A stretch of DNA of 64,000 nt from the NCBI GenBank assembly GCA_019233975.1, contig JAFALY010000030.1, positions 1,550 to 65,549 on the forward strand, in the 5' to 3' direction. Positions 1-10,200 of this stretch are shown here, in pieces (positions within the stretch are counted from its first letter, which is position 1; each line of letters begins with the position of its first letter). A model generated the notes under the pieces. That model was not told the DNA's origin and ran no database searches. It saw only the letters and a list, made by a program, of their open reading frames with translations. Source of the stretch: Alphaproteobacteria bacterium. Lineage in GTDB: Bacteria; Pseudomonadota; Alphaproteobacteria; UBA9219. Position numbers and translations under genes: made by a program.

Positions 1-8
1 AAGACAAT

Positions 9-1478
9 GTGCACCCGCGCGTCAGTATTGCAATGTTATGGCGACGTTTTTTCATCAGCGTCGGGATCGCCTTACTGCTGGGTATGGGGGCCATAGTGTC
101 CCCCGTCTTTGCGCCGGTGATTATCGGCACGTTGAGCCTGAGCGCAGGCCTGTATTTCGCCAATGCCAGCATCAATGAAATCGGACAGAGTATTAAGGAA
201 TATCGCCGCCTGATGCGGCAACACCAACCCTTGGCGCGCATGGGGTTACATCTGATCGGCCTCATTCCCGGCAAGCGGTGTTTGGTGCGCCAACTGGCGC
301 GAAAGGTGCATTTACACTCAAGCGTCGAACCACCTTGCAAGGATTCCGACGAAGACATTGTGCATGCCATCGAAAAGGAAAGCGCGCGCAAAGATTGGGG
401 CCTGACCTTTCAGTCGGCACTGGTTGTTTCAGCACTGGTGCTCGACCACCCCGCCTTTGTAGGCATCATTTCGCACGCATCCGCCATGGGCTTTGCCGGC
501 ACTTTTATGGTCATGCTGCTGCCACTCGCGGCGGCCAGCTTTGTGACCTGGACGCTGGCTACCATTGGCGTTCTGGGCATTATCAAAACCGACAATGTCG
601 GCGGCTGGTTCAACGAAATTGGCGACTCGCTGAGCAAGCGCTTTCCTTTCCTGCAGCCCCTGATGCAACGCCTGGCCTTTATTAAACGCTGGATGGAACA
701 AAGCTCTGTCATTAGGGCTGCAGAAAAAGCCATCAAGCATCTGGGTCGCAACCTTGGCTATTACCTCTGGCCGATTAGCATCAGCCTGCTTTCGTTTGTT
801 TCGGGCGAACTCATCACGCATGGCTGGCATCACCTGCTGGCCTCCACACCGCAGATGGTACAGGCCATGCCTGCCCTTGCCCCTGTTGTGGGACCATTGA
901 CCCGCGCGGCACAGACACTTGCGCATCTCACACACTTCACACATACGGCTGCGTTTGCCAGCCCTGCCCTGGTCATGCTGGCCCATCTTCTATCTGTGCT
1001 GCTGGCGCACCCGATTGTTGTCGGTCTTGCCCTCGGGCTCATCGTCAAAGCGGGGATGACGCTGGTCAAGAAGGTTGTTCAAAAACCGCAGCCGGTTAGC
1101 ACAGGCACAACGCAGACGACACAGCAAAAGCAAGTACAGGCAACAGCCCCTCAGCCCGTCAAAGTTACACCCCCAGCAACTGTGGAAGCTCCGCCCATAA
1201 CAACGCCCGTGGCGCGTGCCGCGATAGCGGCAGCGCCAGCAGCAACTGCAAGCGCAACAGGTGCGCCCGTTATCACATCTGACGATGAGCGCGAACAGGC
1301 AGTGGCAGCCGATGAGCAATCCCGCAAGGATGAAGATGAAGCCAAGGCTATTTCAGCGCGTGAGGCGTTAGATCTGGCATGGGCTGAATTGTGGCATGAT
1401 TTGTTCGGGTCGCATGAACACCCCGTTCGCCATGACCCGCATAGCGAACTCGCCACAAACGTTGACCCTAATGATTAA
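9..1478 (+). CDS. Integral membrane protein with Pro/Thr/Ala/Gln-rich C-terminal tail; may be 5'-partial because the frame is open to the window edge
   Basis: Long ORF with several hydrophobic helices. Low-complexity tail TQTTQQKQVQATAPQPVKVTPPATVEAPPITTP followed by an acidic C-terminus. GTG start at 9, and the frame continues upstream without a stop. Confidence 0.5.
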   Translation: MHPRVSIAMLWRRFFISVGIALLLGMGAIVSPVFAPVIIGTLSLSAGLYFANASINEIGQSIKEYRRLMRQHQPLARMGLHLIGLIPGKRCLVRQLARKVHLHSSVEPPCKDSDEDIVHAIEKESARKDWGLTFQSALVVSALVLDHPAFVGIISHASAMGFAGTFMVMLLPLAAASFVTWTLATIGVLGIIKTDNVGGWFNEIGDSLSKRFPFLQPLMQRLAFIKRWMEQSSVIRAAEKAIKHLGRNLGYYLWPISISLLSFVSGELITHGWHHLLASTPQMVQAMPALAPVVGPLTRAAQTLAHLTHFTHTAAFASPALVMLAHLLSVLLAHPIVVGLALGLIVKAGMTLVKKVVQKPQPVSTGTTQTTQQKQVQATAPQPVKVTPPATVEAPPITTPVARAAIAAAPAATASATGAPVITSDDEREQAVAADEQSRKDEDEAKAISAREALDLAWAELWHDLFGSHEHPVRHDPHSELATNVDPND

Positions 1479-2375
1479 TTAGCTGCGGCGCGCTTTAACG
1501 GGTGCCGGGTAACCGCCCAACGGAGCCATATGCTGTAGCCGACTACCCAGCATAGCGCGAATGCGCGACAAACGTGTGTCGTTGCGGCCAATATAGCCTT
1601 CGGTTTCGACCAGATACGAAGTCGGCGCAGAACCGCTGCGTCCTGCAACGCTGACCAACAACTGCCGGACCTTATATCCGGCCTTGGACAGCAGACGGCG
1701 CATTTCTGCTTCCGGCACATGCACACATTGCAGGACAAGATAGCTGAAATCATCGCCGGTCAGTTCAGGGTACAACCGACCAACCGCCAACCCCATAGGC
1801 AGGCTGTTACGTACATTGCTGCGCCCGGCCTTCAAGTTTTCAAACGGCAGACTGGCAAAAACTGTCGTGACGTTCTTTTTGTCGTTCGCCAGCAGCGACC
1901 ACCAGATATCTTTTTCTCCGGCAACCGGTGGCGGCACAACAGCCACATGAATTTTGTTAGCCTGCACGGCCTTAATTGCCGCTGCGGCAGAGCTCATTTC
2001 CACAAGCGTTGTGAAAGAGCCAAAGAAATCGCGCGACAGGTCCCACAGGTCCGGTCCTTTTGCAGGAGCATAGACGCCGATTTTCAAGGCACCTTCTTGC
2101 AGGGTAAAGGCGCTCATCATCTCGCGCCACATATTGACAACCAACCCTTCAGGAATTTTCCCCTGCGGACGCGACAGCAGCGCGCGCAAAATCTGCGCCT
2201 CACGCCCCGGACGTATGGAAAGTGTCTGTTTGTTTTTTAGTTTACGGATTTGCTCCTGAACATCTGCACGTTCACGCAACAGGTCATGAAGAACGCCATC
2301 AATGCGATCTACTTGCGCACGAAGGTCCGCCAAAGCCTGCTTATCGGGGTTAACGGCAACATTCTTTAACGACAT
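1479..2375 (-). CDS. Chorismate mutase (AroQ-type) domain protein with a PDT-like or periplasmic-binding-like extension
   Basis: N-terminus ALADLRAQVDRIDGVLHDLLRERADVQEQIRKLK resembles the AroQ chorismate mutase helix. The ~200 aa extension lacks the TRF/ESRP motifs of prephenate dehydratase. Confidence 0.5.
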   Translation of the reverse strand: MSLKNVAVNPDKQALADLRAQVDRIDGVLHDLLRERADVQEQIRKLKNKQTLSIRPGREAQILRALLSRPQGKIPEGLVVNMWREMMSAFTLQEGALKIGVYAPAKGPDLWDLSRDFFGSFTTLVEMSSAAAAIKAVQANKIHVAVVPPPVAGEKDIWWSLLANDKKNVTTVFASLPFENLKAGRSNVRNSLPMGLAVGRLYPELTGDDFSYLVLQCVHVPEAEMRRLLSKAGYKVRQLLVSVAGRSGSAPTSYLVETEGYIGRNDTRLSRIRAMLGSRLQHMAPLGGYPAPVKARRS

Positions 2376-2448
2376 CTGGCCTGCCTTTTCCGTGTTAGGT
2401 CGTCAGGATAGGCCAAAAAACGAAAAATTCCAAGCCCAGATGAGCGAA

Positions 2449-4113
2449 TCAGGCCCGAACCTGATCTATAAAGTGCTCGATTTCATGGCCAAGTTCGCTC
2501 GATTGCCCCGCAAACCGCTCTGACGCTTCCTGAACCTGTTCTGCGTTGCTGTTAATATCTGCTGCCAGCCGGCCTATTTCGTCGGCGCTGGTGGTAACTC
2601 CTTGCACCCTGTTGGAAACAATCTGGACACTGCGCACGATCTCCTGCGTCGCTGCCCCCTGCTGCCTGACCGCCTCGGCAACGGCTGTCGTGCCCGTTTC
2701 AATCTGGTCGATTGTGTGCCGGATCGAACTGATTGAATTAACGGTATCGGTCACACTCATCTGAATATGCCCGATCTGCGATGAAATCTCTTCTGTGGCG
2801 CGTGCCGTCTGCCCGGCCAGACTTTTGACCTCACTCGCAACAACGCTGAACCCCTTGCCCGCTTCACCGGCGCGCGCGGCCTCGATCGTGGCGTTTAATG
2901 CAAGCAGGTTGATCTGCTCTGCAATCTCCTCAATCAGGTTCACAATCTCGCCGATCTTGGACGCCGACGACATCAGCTCCTGCACGGTACCATCGGCCAG
3001 TTGCGCCTGCGTCTGCGCCTCTGTCGATATGCGGGTGGATTGTTCAACCTGATCTTCGATAGAGTTGATAGACGCGGAAAGCTCTTCCACGGCGACGGCA
3101 ATCGACTCCACGTTGCGCGAAGCCTCAGCAATCGCCTGAACGACGTCTTGGATTTTTGTATCGGACGCGACCGCAGTTCCCACCATCGTGCTGGCCGCAG
3201 CACGCATAACCTCGGCAGCGCGCAAAACGGATTTGATCATTTCACTTGTTTTGTCATTAAACTGCGCAACACCATCTTCCAAAGCGGCCTTGCGCGCTGC
3301 GTCCACCTGCGCCTGCCGCTCGATACGGCGCGCCTGCTCCTCCGCTTGCTGTATATGCATCACAATGGCGCTTTGCATTTCAGATAGTGCCTTCATCAAC
3401 ACTGCCGTCTCGCTCTTACCACGCGATGCGATAACATTGTCCAGCTTGCCATTTGCTATGGACCGCGCAATGACAACCGACTTCCGCAACGGCGGAATAA
3501 CTGATGCGATAAGGAGAATGGCGATAATAATGCCAACGACCAGAACCGCCACGCCCGCGAACAAGAGTGTGCGTGTGCTGCGTTGCCCGGATTCATCCAG
3601 TGCTTTTGATCCCGCCGCCACAATGTCATCGACATGGTCACGATAATTAGATGCATCATTGGCAAAACGTTCGGATAATTTCGCGAGTCCCTTATCGATA
3701 TCCTGCATCGCCGCTTCATCTACCGTTTCGGGATGATCGTGTAGAGCAGCAACCTTGCCACGCACATCTTTACCGATATTTTTCGCTTTTTCGGATATGC
3801 TGCGCTCGATAGCCACGTCCGCATCATCCATCAATTTTTCCAGATTTGCCGTTGCTTCGTCACCCATCACGCCCTTGGCGTCATGCATGTGTGCGTTCTG
3901 AAACTTGAGCCAGTCTATTTGGCATTTTCTGGCAAAATTCACACCCATGAAAGCATTGTCATAGATATTCTTCGCAAGCCCGCTCAGTTCATCCTGACTT
4001 GCCTTGGCGCTGAGCGCCAGCTCGGACAACTCCGACCGCGCAAACTGTCCTACACCGAATGCACACAACAACAGTAACAGACAAGCAGTGATAATACGTG
4101 ACGCAACCGACAT
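2449..4113 (-). CDS. Methyl-accepting chemotaxis protein
   Basis: Two TM helices flank a periplasmic domain, followed by HAMP. Canonical MCP signalling motif [30 protein letters not shown]. Confidence 0.88.
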   Translation of the reverse strand: MSVASRIITACLLLLLCAFGVGQFARSELSELALSAKASQDELSGLAKNIYDNAFMGVNFARKCQIDWLKFQNAHMHDAKGVMGDEATANLEKLMDDADVAIERSISEKAKNIGKDVRGKVAALHDHPETVDEAAMQDIDKGLAKLSERFANDASNYRDHVDDIVAAGSKALDESGQRSTRTLLFAGVAVLVVGIIIAILLIASVIPPLRKSVVIARSIANGKLDNVIASRGKSETAVLMKALSEMQSAIVMHIQQAEEQARRIERQAQVDAARKAALEDGVAQFNDKTSEMIKSVLRAAEVMRAAASTMVGTAVASDTKIQDVVQAIAEASRNVESIAVAVEELSASINSIEDQVEQSTRISTEAQTQAQLADGTVQELMSSASKIGEIVNLIEEIAEQINLLALNATIEAARAGEAGKGFSVVASEVKSLAGQTARATEEISSQIGHIQMSVTDTVNSISSIRHTIDQIETGTTAVAEAVRQQGAATQEIVRSVQIVSNRVQGVTTSADEIGRLAADINSNAEQVQEASERFAGQSSELGHEIEHFIDQVRA

Positions 4114-4180
4114 AGTCTGTCTCTCTCATGAATCCAAGGAGGGCAGTCTTACAAACCTGCGCGGTTTTTCCAAGCGATTC

Positions 4181-4936
4181 TTAGCTATTCCTCATGTTGT
4201 GCAGGGCGGGATGCGGCGACAGGGGCACAGGCAGCGGAAATACAAGCCTGCCGTGCAGTTGTTGCGACTTAGTCTTAATAGGCGCGTAGAGTTGTTTACC
4301 TGCCTCAACCATAACTAGACCTCCAAAGCCGGGAAAAAATCTCTCCCCATACTTTTCAAGTTTCTCACCCAACGCCAAACCAATCGCGGCTTTGATCGGC
4401 GGCATATAAAGCGCATGCCACCACCGTTCGGACAGAAATCCTGCATCGGACAAAGCCGTCTTGATTTGCCGTAAAGAATAAGGTTGCCCCGTACCAAAAG
4501 GTGTCTTGTCACTGTGCGCCCACAGACCGCGCCTGTTCGGTACGATAGCCAAAAAGCGCCCCTGCGGTTTTAAAATACGCCAAGCCTCACGCAACACATC
4601 ATGCGGTTCTGCAGCGCCTTCCAAACCATGCATCATAATCACGCGATCAACACATTCATCCGGCAATGGAAGATCATTGAGCTCTGTGAGACATGAAATG
4701 TTTGGCCCTTCACGCGGCCAATAAACAACCCCCTGCTCGGATGGCATCATGGCCATAAAGGAGAGGGTTGGCCTGAATAAAGGCCTCAGCACTGGCACAC
4801 CATAACCAAGGACGGCGATTTTTTCGCACTGCAAGTGGGGCCATATCTGGCCAATCCGATTACTGAGGATGCGCCGAACAGCCTGACCGGTTGTGGTATC
4901 GTAGAATTCGCGCATTTCGACGATATCAGTGTACAT
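4181..4936 (-). CDS. Class I SAM-dependent methyltransferase
   Basis: Methyltransferase fold motifs (VLGYGVPVL, ILKPQGRFLAIVPN). Divergent from gloB, as in many alphaproteobacteria. Confidence 0.6.
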   Translation of the reverse strand: MYTDIVEMREFYDTTTGQAVRRILSNRIGQIWPHLQCEKIAVLGYGVPVLRPLFRPTLSFMAMMPSEQGVVYWPREGPNISCLTELNDLPLPDECVDRVIMMHGLEGAAEPHDVLREAWRILKPQGRFLAIVPNRRGLWAHSDKTPFGTGQPYSLRQIKTALSDAGFLSERWWHALYMPPIKAAIGLALGEKLEKYGERFFPGFGGLVMVEAGKQLYAPIKTKSQQLHGRLVFPLPVPLSPHPALHNMRNS

Positions 4937-5015
4937 AAACGTCCCCGGCTAGGTTCTAAAACTATGCAGAATGTCTCTTAACCACCTATTAACACGACTC
5001 TCGCATCGTTGGGAT

Positions 5016-5807
5016 ATGAGCTTCCAGATACATCTGCTACCTGCGTTTGCTGATAATTATATCCCCCTGATCGCTGATCTCGATTTGGGGTTGGCTATGG
5101 TCGTTGACCCCGGCGATGCCGCCGTTGTGGACCGTACCTTGAAAGAACACAATCTTTCGTTGACGCTGATCCTCAACACACACCATCACAATGACCATAT
5201 AGGCGGTAACCAGAAACTGGCGCACGACTATGGCGCACCCATCATTGCCCCAACGCAGGAACGGGGTCGTATCAAAGACATCACGCGCGGCGTAGTGCAG
5301 GGCGACACTGTTACCTTTTCAACGCTGCGTGGCGACGTCATAGAAACGCATGGCCATACATCCGGGCACATCTCATACTACTTTCCAGCACTAAAGGCCC
5401 TGTTCTGTGGTGACACACTGTTTTCGCTGGGCTGCGGACGTCTGTTCGAAGGTACGGCGCCGCAAATGTGGGAGTCACTGAAGCGGTTACGCAGCCTGCC
5501 TGACGACACGCAAGTTTACTGCGCCCATGAATATACGTTGGCGAACGCGAAATTCGCGACCGCCGTTGACCCGGATAATCAGGCCTTGAAAGACCGCGTT
5601 GCAGAGGCCAAAGCCCTGCGCAAAAATAACACCCCCACTATTCCGACTTTAATGGGGGTAGAAAAAGCCACGAACCCATTCCTGCGCGCCGACGATCCCA
5701 CTTTTGCAAAACGACTGAACAAAATGGGCCTGGCGGCAACGGGCACGGATGCCGCCGCCGTATTCGGCGGGCTTCGCGCTGCAAAAGACCGCTTCAAGGC
5801 CGCGTGA
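5016..5807 (+). CDS. gloB: Hydroxyacylglutathione hydrolase (glyoxalase II)
   Basis: Metallo-beta-lactamase motif THHHNDHIGGN, THGHTSGHISYYF and a C-terminal GloB domain. Start taken at MSFQIHLLPAF; an in-frame upstream ATG exists at 4971. Confidence 0.85.
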   Translation: MSFQIHLLPAFADNYIPLIADLDLGLAMVVDPGDAAVVDRTLKEHNLSLTLILNTHHHNDHIGGNQKLAHDYGAPIIAPTQERGRIKDITRGVVQGDTVTFSTLRGDVIETHGHTSGHISYYFPALKALFCGDTLFSLGCGRLFEGTAPQMWESLKRLRSLPDDTQVYCAHEYTLANAKFATAVDPDNQALKDRVAEAKALRKNNTPTIPTLMGVEKATNPFLRADDPTFAKRLNKMGLAATGTDAAAVFGGLRAAKDRFKAA

Positions 5808-5854
5808 GTATTTACCCTATTCAAACCATGTGATTCATGCGCTAGCCTGTACAC

Positions 5855-6670
5855 ATGCAATCCCCTGCCCCCCTATTGAACGTCGAACAACTGACCATGC
5901 GCTTTGGCGGCCTGACCGCCGTTGACGGCGTTTCAATGCAAGCGCATGAAAAACAGGTAACCGCCATCATCGGGCCAAACGGCGCAGGAAAGACGACCCT
6001 GTTCAACTGCCTGACCGGCTTTTACCAACCGACAGAAGGGCAAATTACCCTGACGCGTAACGGTCATACTGTCGCTCTCGCGGGATTGCCTGCGCACATC
6101 ATCAACCGGCACGGCATCGCGCGCACCTTTCAGAATATCCGTCTGTTCGGTAACATGACCGCACTGGAAAATTTGCTGGTCGCGCAAAACAACAAACTGA
6201 TGCCAGCTTCGGGCTATAGTTTTGGCGGCCTTCTGCACTTCCCGGGTTATGTCCGCGCAGAAAAGGCGGCGATTGAGAAAGCCCGCTATTGGCTCGACCA
6301 GATGCGCCTTCTCAAGGCCGCCGACAGGCCAGCCGGAGAGTTACCCTATGGCATGCAGCGCCGCCTAGAAATTGCGCGCGCGCTTTGCACAGATCCTTGC
6401 CTTCTGTGCCTTGATGAACCTGCCGCCGGGTTAAATTCAGGCGAGGCGATCCGATTACGGCAGGCACTGGCCGCCATCCGCGAGGAACACAAAATCGGCG
6501 TTCTGCTTATTGAACACAATATGAGCGTGGTTATGGAAATTTCGGATCAGGTATATGTGCTGGATTACGGCAAGCGCATTGCCACCGGATCGCCCGCCGA
6601 AGTGCGGCATAACCCTGCGGTTATTCGCGCTTATCTGGGCGAAGAAGAAACCGGAGAAGCGGTCGCCTGA
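5855..6670 (+). CDS. livG: Branched-chain amino acid ABC transporter ATP-binding protein
   Basis: Walker A GPNGAGKTT, ABC signature, and LivG-type C-terminal extension. Confidence 0.85.
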   Translation: MQSPAPLLNVEQLTMRFGGLTAVDGVSMQAHEKQVTAIIGPNGAGKTTLFNCLTGFYQPTEGQITLTRNGHTVALAGLPAHIINRHGIARTFQNIRLFGNMTALENLLVAQNNKLMPASGYSFGGLLHFPGYVRAEKAAIEKARYWLDQMRLLKAADRPAGELPYGMQRRLEIARALCTDPCLLCLDEPAAGLNSGEAIRLRQALAAIREEHKIGVLLIEHNMSVVMEISDQVYVLDYGKRIATGSPAEVRHNPAVIRAYLGEEETGEAVA

Positions 6671-7386
6671 TGCTTACCATTACCAACCTGTCCACGCACT
6701 ATGGCGCCATTCAGGCGCTGGAAAACGTCAGCCTGAACGTAGGCAAAGGGGAAATTGTAACCCTGATCGGCGCAAACGGTGCGGGCAAGACAACATTAAT
6801 GATGACGCTGTGCGGCACACCACGCGCCAGCACAGGCGCGATAACACTAGAAGGCGAAGACATCACAGCCCTGCCGACGGAAGAGATTATACGCCGCGGC
6901 ATAGCCCTGGCCCCCGAAGGGCGGCGCATTTTCCCACGCTTGAGCATTCTGGAAAATCTGCAGATCGGCGCGTCGCATTGCGACAAGAAATATTTCGCCA
7001 GCGATCTGGAGAAAATTACTACTCTGTTCCCGCGCTTGAAAGAAAGAATGACGCAACAAGGCGGCACGCTTTCCGGCGGTGAACAACAAATGCTGGCGAT
7101 CGGCCGCGCGTTGATGAGCCGCCCGAAGCTGTTGCTACTGGACGAACCCTCACTGGGCCTTGCGCCGTTGGTCGTCAAAAGCATCTTCACAACCTTGCGC
7201 GATATCAGTGCCACTGAAAAATTGACGCTTTTCCTTGTCGAACAGAACGCCCACATTGCCTTGCGCTTTGCCAATCGCGGCTATGTGCTCGTCAATGGCC
7301 GCATCACCCTGTCCGGCACAGGAACAGAATTACTAAACAACCCCGAAGTACGCAGCGCCTATCTAGAAGGCGAAACCGCTGCCTGA
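6670..7386 (+). CDS. livF: Branched-chain amino acid ABC transporter ATP-binding protein
   Basis: Walker A GANGAGKTT, signature LSGGEQQML, ~238 aa LivF size. Start overlaps the livG stop (ATGA). Confidence 0.85.
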   Translation: MLTITNLSTHYGAIQALENVSLNVGKGEIVTLIGANGAGKTTLMMTLCGTPRASTGAITLEGEDITALPTEEIIRRGIALAPEGRRIFPRLSILENLQIGASHCDKKYFASDLEKITTLFPRLKERMTQQGGTLSGGEQQMLAIGRALMSRPKLLLLDEPSLGLAPLVVKSIFTTLRDISATEKLTLFLVEQNAHIALRFANRGYVLVNGRITLSGTGTELLNNPEVRSAYLEGETAA

Positions 7387-7398
7387 GGAACATCTGTC

Positions 7399-8499
7399 TT
7401 GACTAAAAAAATCTATATTGTTGCCCTGACCACCCTCCTGCTATGGCCCGGTTTTGCCAAAGCCGATATTACAGTCGCCATGATCGCGCCACTGACCGGC
7501 AAATATGCGGTGATGGGCGAACAGATCCAACGCGGCGCCAGGCAAGCCGTTGCGGCATTAAACGCCGCAGGCGGCATACATGGTCAAAAACTGGTCCTAC
7601 GCGAATTTGACGATGCCTGCGACCCGAAGCAGGCCGTTGCCGCCGCAAATGACATCGCCAGTGCCGGCATCAAATTTGTTATCGGCCATTATTGTTCAGG
7701 CAGCGCGATACCGGCTTCGAAAGTCTATATGGATGAAAACATCCTGCTGATATCGCCCGCCGCGACAAACCCGCAACTGACGGACGAAGGCAAGGATGTG
7801 ATCTTCCGCATCTGTGGCCGTGACGATACGCAAGGCGCCATCGTGGGACAATATATCGTGTCGCACATGAAGGGCAAAAAGATTGCGATTGCAGAGGATC
7901 AATCCGCCTATGGTCGCGGGTTAGCGGACGAAGTGCAAAAAACACTCCATAAGGCAGGCCTGCACGAAACCCTTTATGAGGTCTATACACCCAGCGAACG
8001 CGATTACTCACCACTGGTCACCAAGCTGAAACAAGCGGGCATCGACGTTTTGTTTATCGGCGGGTATCACACGGAAACGGGGTTAATCGCACGCCAATTG
8101 AAAGAACAAGGTGCAAAAATACAGATTATGGGCGGCGACTCCCTCGTGACTGAAGAGCTGTGGTCTATCGCCGGACCTGCTGCCGAAGGTATTTTGATGA
8201 CCTTCGGCCCTGACCTGCGCAACCGCCCCGAAGCTAAAGATATTGTGGCCACCATGCGCAAATCAGGCTTTGAACCGGAAGGTTATACGCTAAACAGTTT
8301 TGCGGCCGTGCAAGCCTTGGCATCGGCCCTGCAAACCGCGGGCAAGCCTGAGCCATCAGCCGTTGCGGCCGCATTACGTGCCAATAAAGTATCAACGCTA
8401 CTTGGCCCCGTTCAGTTCGACGCAAAGGGTGACGTAGTGGGCCCCACCTATGTTCTGTATCGCTGGCACGACGGCCATTACATCGAAGCGGGAGAATAA
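7399..8499 (+). CDS. Leu/Ile/Val-type ABC substrate-binding protein (LivJ/LivK family), paralog 1
   Basis: Signal peptide, PBP type-1 fold residues (IGPLTG, YGRGLAD). TTG start. Confidence 0.8.
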   Translation: MTKKIYIVALTTLLLWPGFAKADITVAMIAPLTGKYAVMGEQIQRGARQAVAALNAAGGIHGQKLVLREFDDACDPKQAVAAANDIASAGIKFVIGHYCSGSAIPASKVYMDENILLISPAATNPQLTDEGKDVIFRICGRDDTQGAIVGQYIVSHMKGKKIAIAEDQSAYGRGLADEVQKTLHKAGLHETLYEVYTPSERDYSPLVTKLKQAGIDVLFIGGYHTETGLIARQLKEQGAKIQIMGGDSLVTEELWSIAGPAAEGILMTFGPDLRNRPEAKDIVATMRKSGFEPEGYTLNSFAAVQALASALQTAGKPEPSAVAAALRANKVSTLLGPVQFDAKGDVVGPTYVLYRWHDGHYIEAGE

Positions 8500-8501
8500 C
8501 C

Positions 8502-9599
8502 ATGAAGCTACGCCTTAGCCTTGCACTGCTCCCCGCCCTCCTGCTGTGCCAACCGGCCCATGCCGATATCACGATCGCGGCTGTCGGGCCGTTGACTGGG
8601 CAAGACGCCTCCACGGGTGAGCAAATGCGTTATGGCGCAGAGGCTGCCGTGGCTGACATTAACGCCAATGGCGGCGTTCTGGGTCAGAAGCTGCGCCTAA
8701 TCGAACGCGATGATGTCTGCGACCCCAAACAATCGGTTGCTGTTGCCAATGAACTCAGCGGCCTTGGTGTCTTCGCCGTGGTTGGGCCGATGTGTTCGGG
8801 TTCCGCCATTCCTGCTTCGCGCACTTATAACGAGGAAGGGATTCTGATGATCTCCCCCTCGGCAACCAGCCCGACCCTGACCCAGCAAGGGTTTGACAAC
8901 GTCTTCCGCACCTGTGCCCAGGATGAAATACAGGGTAAAATCGTTGCTGACTTTATCGTCAAAAAGTTTGCAGGCAAACATATTGCCGTGATTGATGACA
9001 AGACTGCCTATGGCCGCGGATTGGCAGATGTCGTGCGCACCGAACTGAAGAAACAGGGCGTAACCATCAAAATGGATGACTCTGTATCTCGCGGCGAACG
9101 CGATTATTCATCGCTTGTTTCAAAACTGAAAGAAAAAGACATCGATGCGCTTTTCTACGGCGGCTATCACACCGAAGCCGGGTTGATCGTACGCCAGATG
9201 CGCGATCAAGCCTTGACGACAGTCTTTATCAGTGACGACGATCTGACGACGCGTGAATTCTGGTCCGTGACAGGCAATGCCGGCGAAGGCACGTTTATGA
9301 GCTTTAACGCCGACCCACGCGCACGCCCCGAAGCGGCAGAGGCGGTTGCCAAACTACGCGCCAAGGGCTTTAACCCCGAAGGCAATACATTGTACACCTA
9401 TGCGGCGGTACAGGTCATGGTCGAGGCGATCCGCCGCGCCAATACAACGCAACTGACAAAAGTTATTGCAGCCTTGCGCGAAGGCAGCTATCCAACTGTT
9501 ATCGGGCCTTTATCTTTCGACAGCAAAGGCGATATCACACGGCTCGATTACATTATTTATCGCTGGAGCAACGGCGACTATACGCCGTACGAGGAGTAG
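8502..9599 (+). CDS. Leu/Ile/Val-type ABC substrate-binding protein (LivJ/LivK family), paralog 2
   Basis: Collinear homology with the preceding gene (ADITIAAVGPLTG, YGRGLADVV). Tandem duplicate. Confidence 0.8.
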   Translation: MKLRLSLALLPALLLCQPAHADITIAAVGPLTGQDASTGEQMRYGAEAAVADINANGGVLGQKLRLIERDDVCDPKQSVAVANELSGLGVFAVVGPMCSGSAIPASRTYNEEGILMISPSATSPTLTQQGFDNVFRTCAQDEIQGKIVADFIVKKFAGKHIAVIDDKTAYGRGLADVVRTELKKQGVTIKMDDSVSRGERDYSSLVSKLKEKDIDALFYGGYHTEAGLIVRQMRDQALTTVFISDDDLTTREFWSVTGNAGEGTFMSFNADPRARPEAAEAVAKLRAKGFNPEGNTLYTYAAVQVMVEAIRRANTTQLTKVIAALREGSYPTVIGPLSFDSKGDITRLDYIIYRWSNGDYTPYEE

Positions 9600-9608
9600 T
9601 CTTTTCCC

Positions 9609-10190
9609 ATGTCCATCCGTTCCCTGTATAATTGGGCCCTGCGTCAGGCCGAGCAAAGCTATGCCCCATGGTTGTTGTTTACGCTGGCGATGATCGAACC
9701 CTGCCTGCTACCGATCCCGCCCGACACGCTCCTTATTCCCATGTCGATTGCACGACGCGACAAGGCTATTCACTTTGCGACCATTTGTACCGTGGGCTCG
9801 GTCATCGGCGGTCTGCTGGGTTACGGCATTGGCGCGCTCGCCATGGCAACCATAGGGCAATGGATTGTTGACACTTATCATCTACAGGCTGCATTTGAGA
9901 TGTTCCGCAACGGCTTCCAGAAATGGGGGGCATGGATCATTCTGGCCAAGGGTTTTACGCCCCTACCCTTTATTCTGGTTGCGGTCGCGAGTGGCCTGAC
10001 GCATCTGGCGCTGCCTGTCTTTGTACTGTCCGCAACAGTGACACGCGGCGCGCGCTTCTTTTTAGAAGCGTTCCTCATCCGCAAATTCGGCGCGCCGATA
10101 CAGCTCTTTATCGAGAAGTATCTGACCCTGATCGCCTTGGGTGTTTTGGCGATTATCGTGGCTGGATTTTATATTGTTTTGCATCACTGA
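9609..10190 (+). CDS. YqaA/DedA-family (VTT-domain) membrane protein
   Basis: Four to five TM helices, ~190 aa, and an EPCLLPIPPD motif typical of YqaA-like proteins. Confidence 0.55.
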   Translation: MSIRSLYNWALRQAEQSYAPWLLFTLAMIEPCLLPIPPDTLLIPMSIARRDKAIHFATICTVGSVIGGLLGYGIGALAMATIGQWIVDTYHLQAAFEMFRNGFQKWGAWIILAKGFTPLPFILVAVASGLTHLALPVFVLSATVTRGARFFLEAFLIRKFGAPIQLFIEKYLTLIALGVLAIIVAGFYIVLHH

Positions 10191-10200
10191 GCGCACGCGA

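Noticed and set aside
278-1456. Track ORFs 278..685(+), 410..751(-), 429..986(-), 830..1069(-), 990..1319(-), 1151..1456(-) inside the 9..1478 gene
   Set aside because: Out-of-frame or antisense shadow ORFs typical of GC-rich DNA (Arg/Cys/Gly-rich, no motifs). The long plus-strand membrane-protein frame explains the region.
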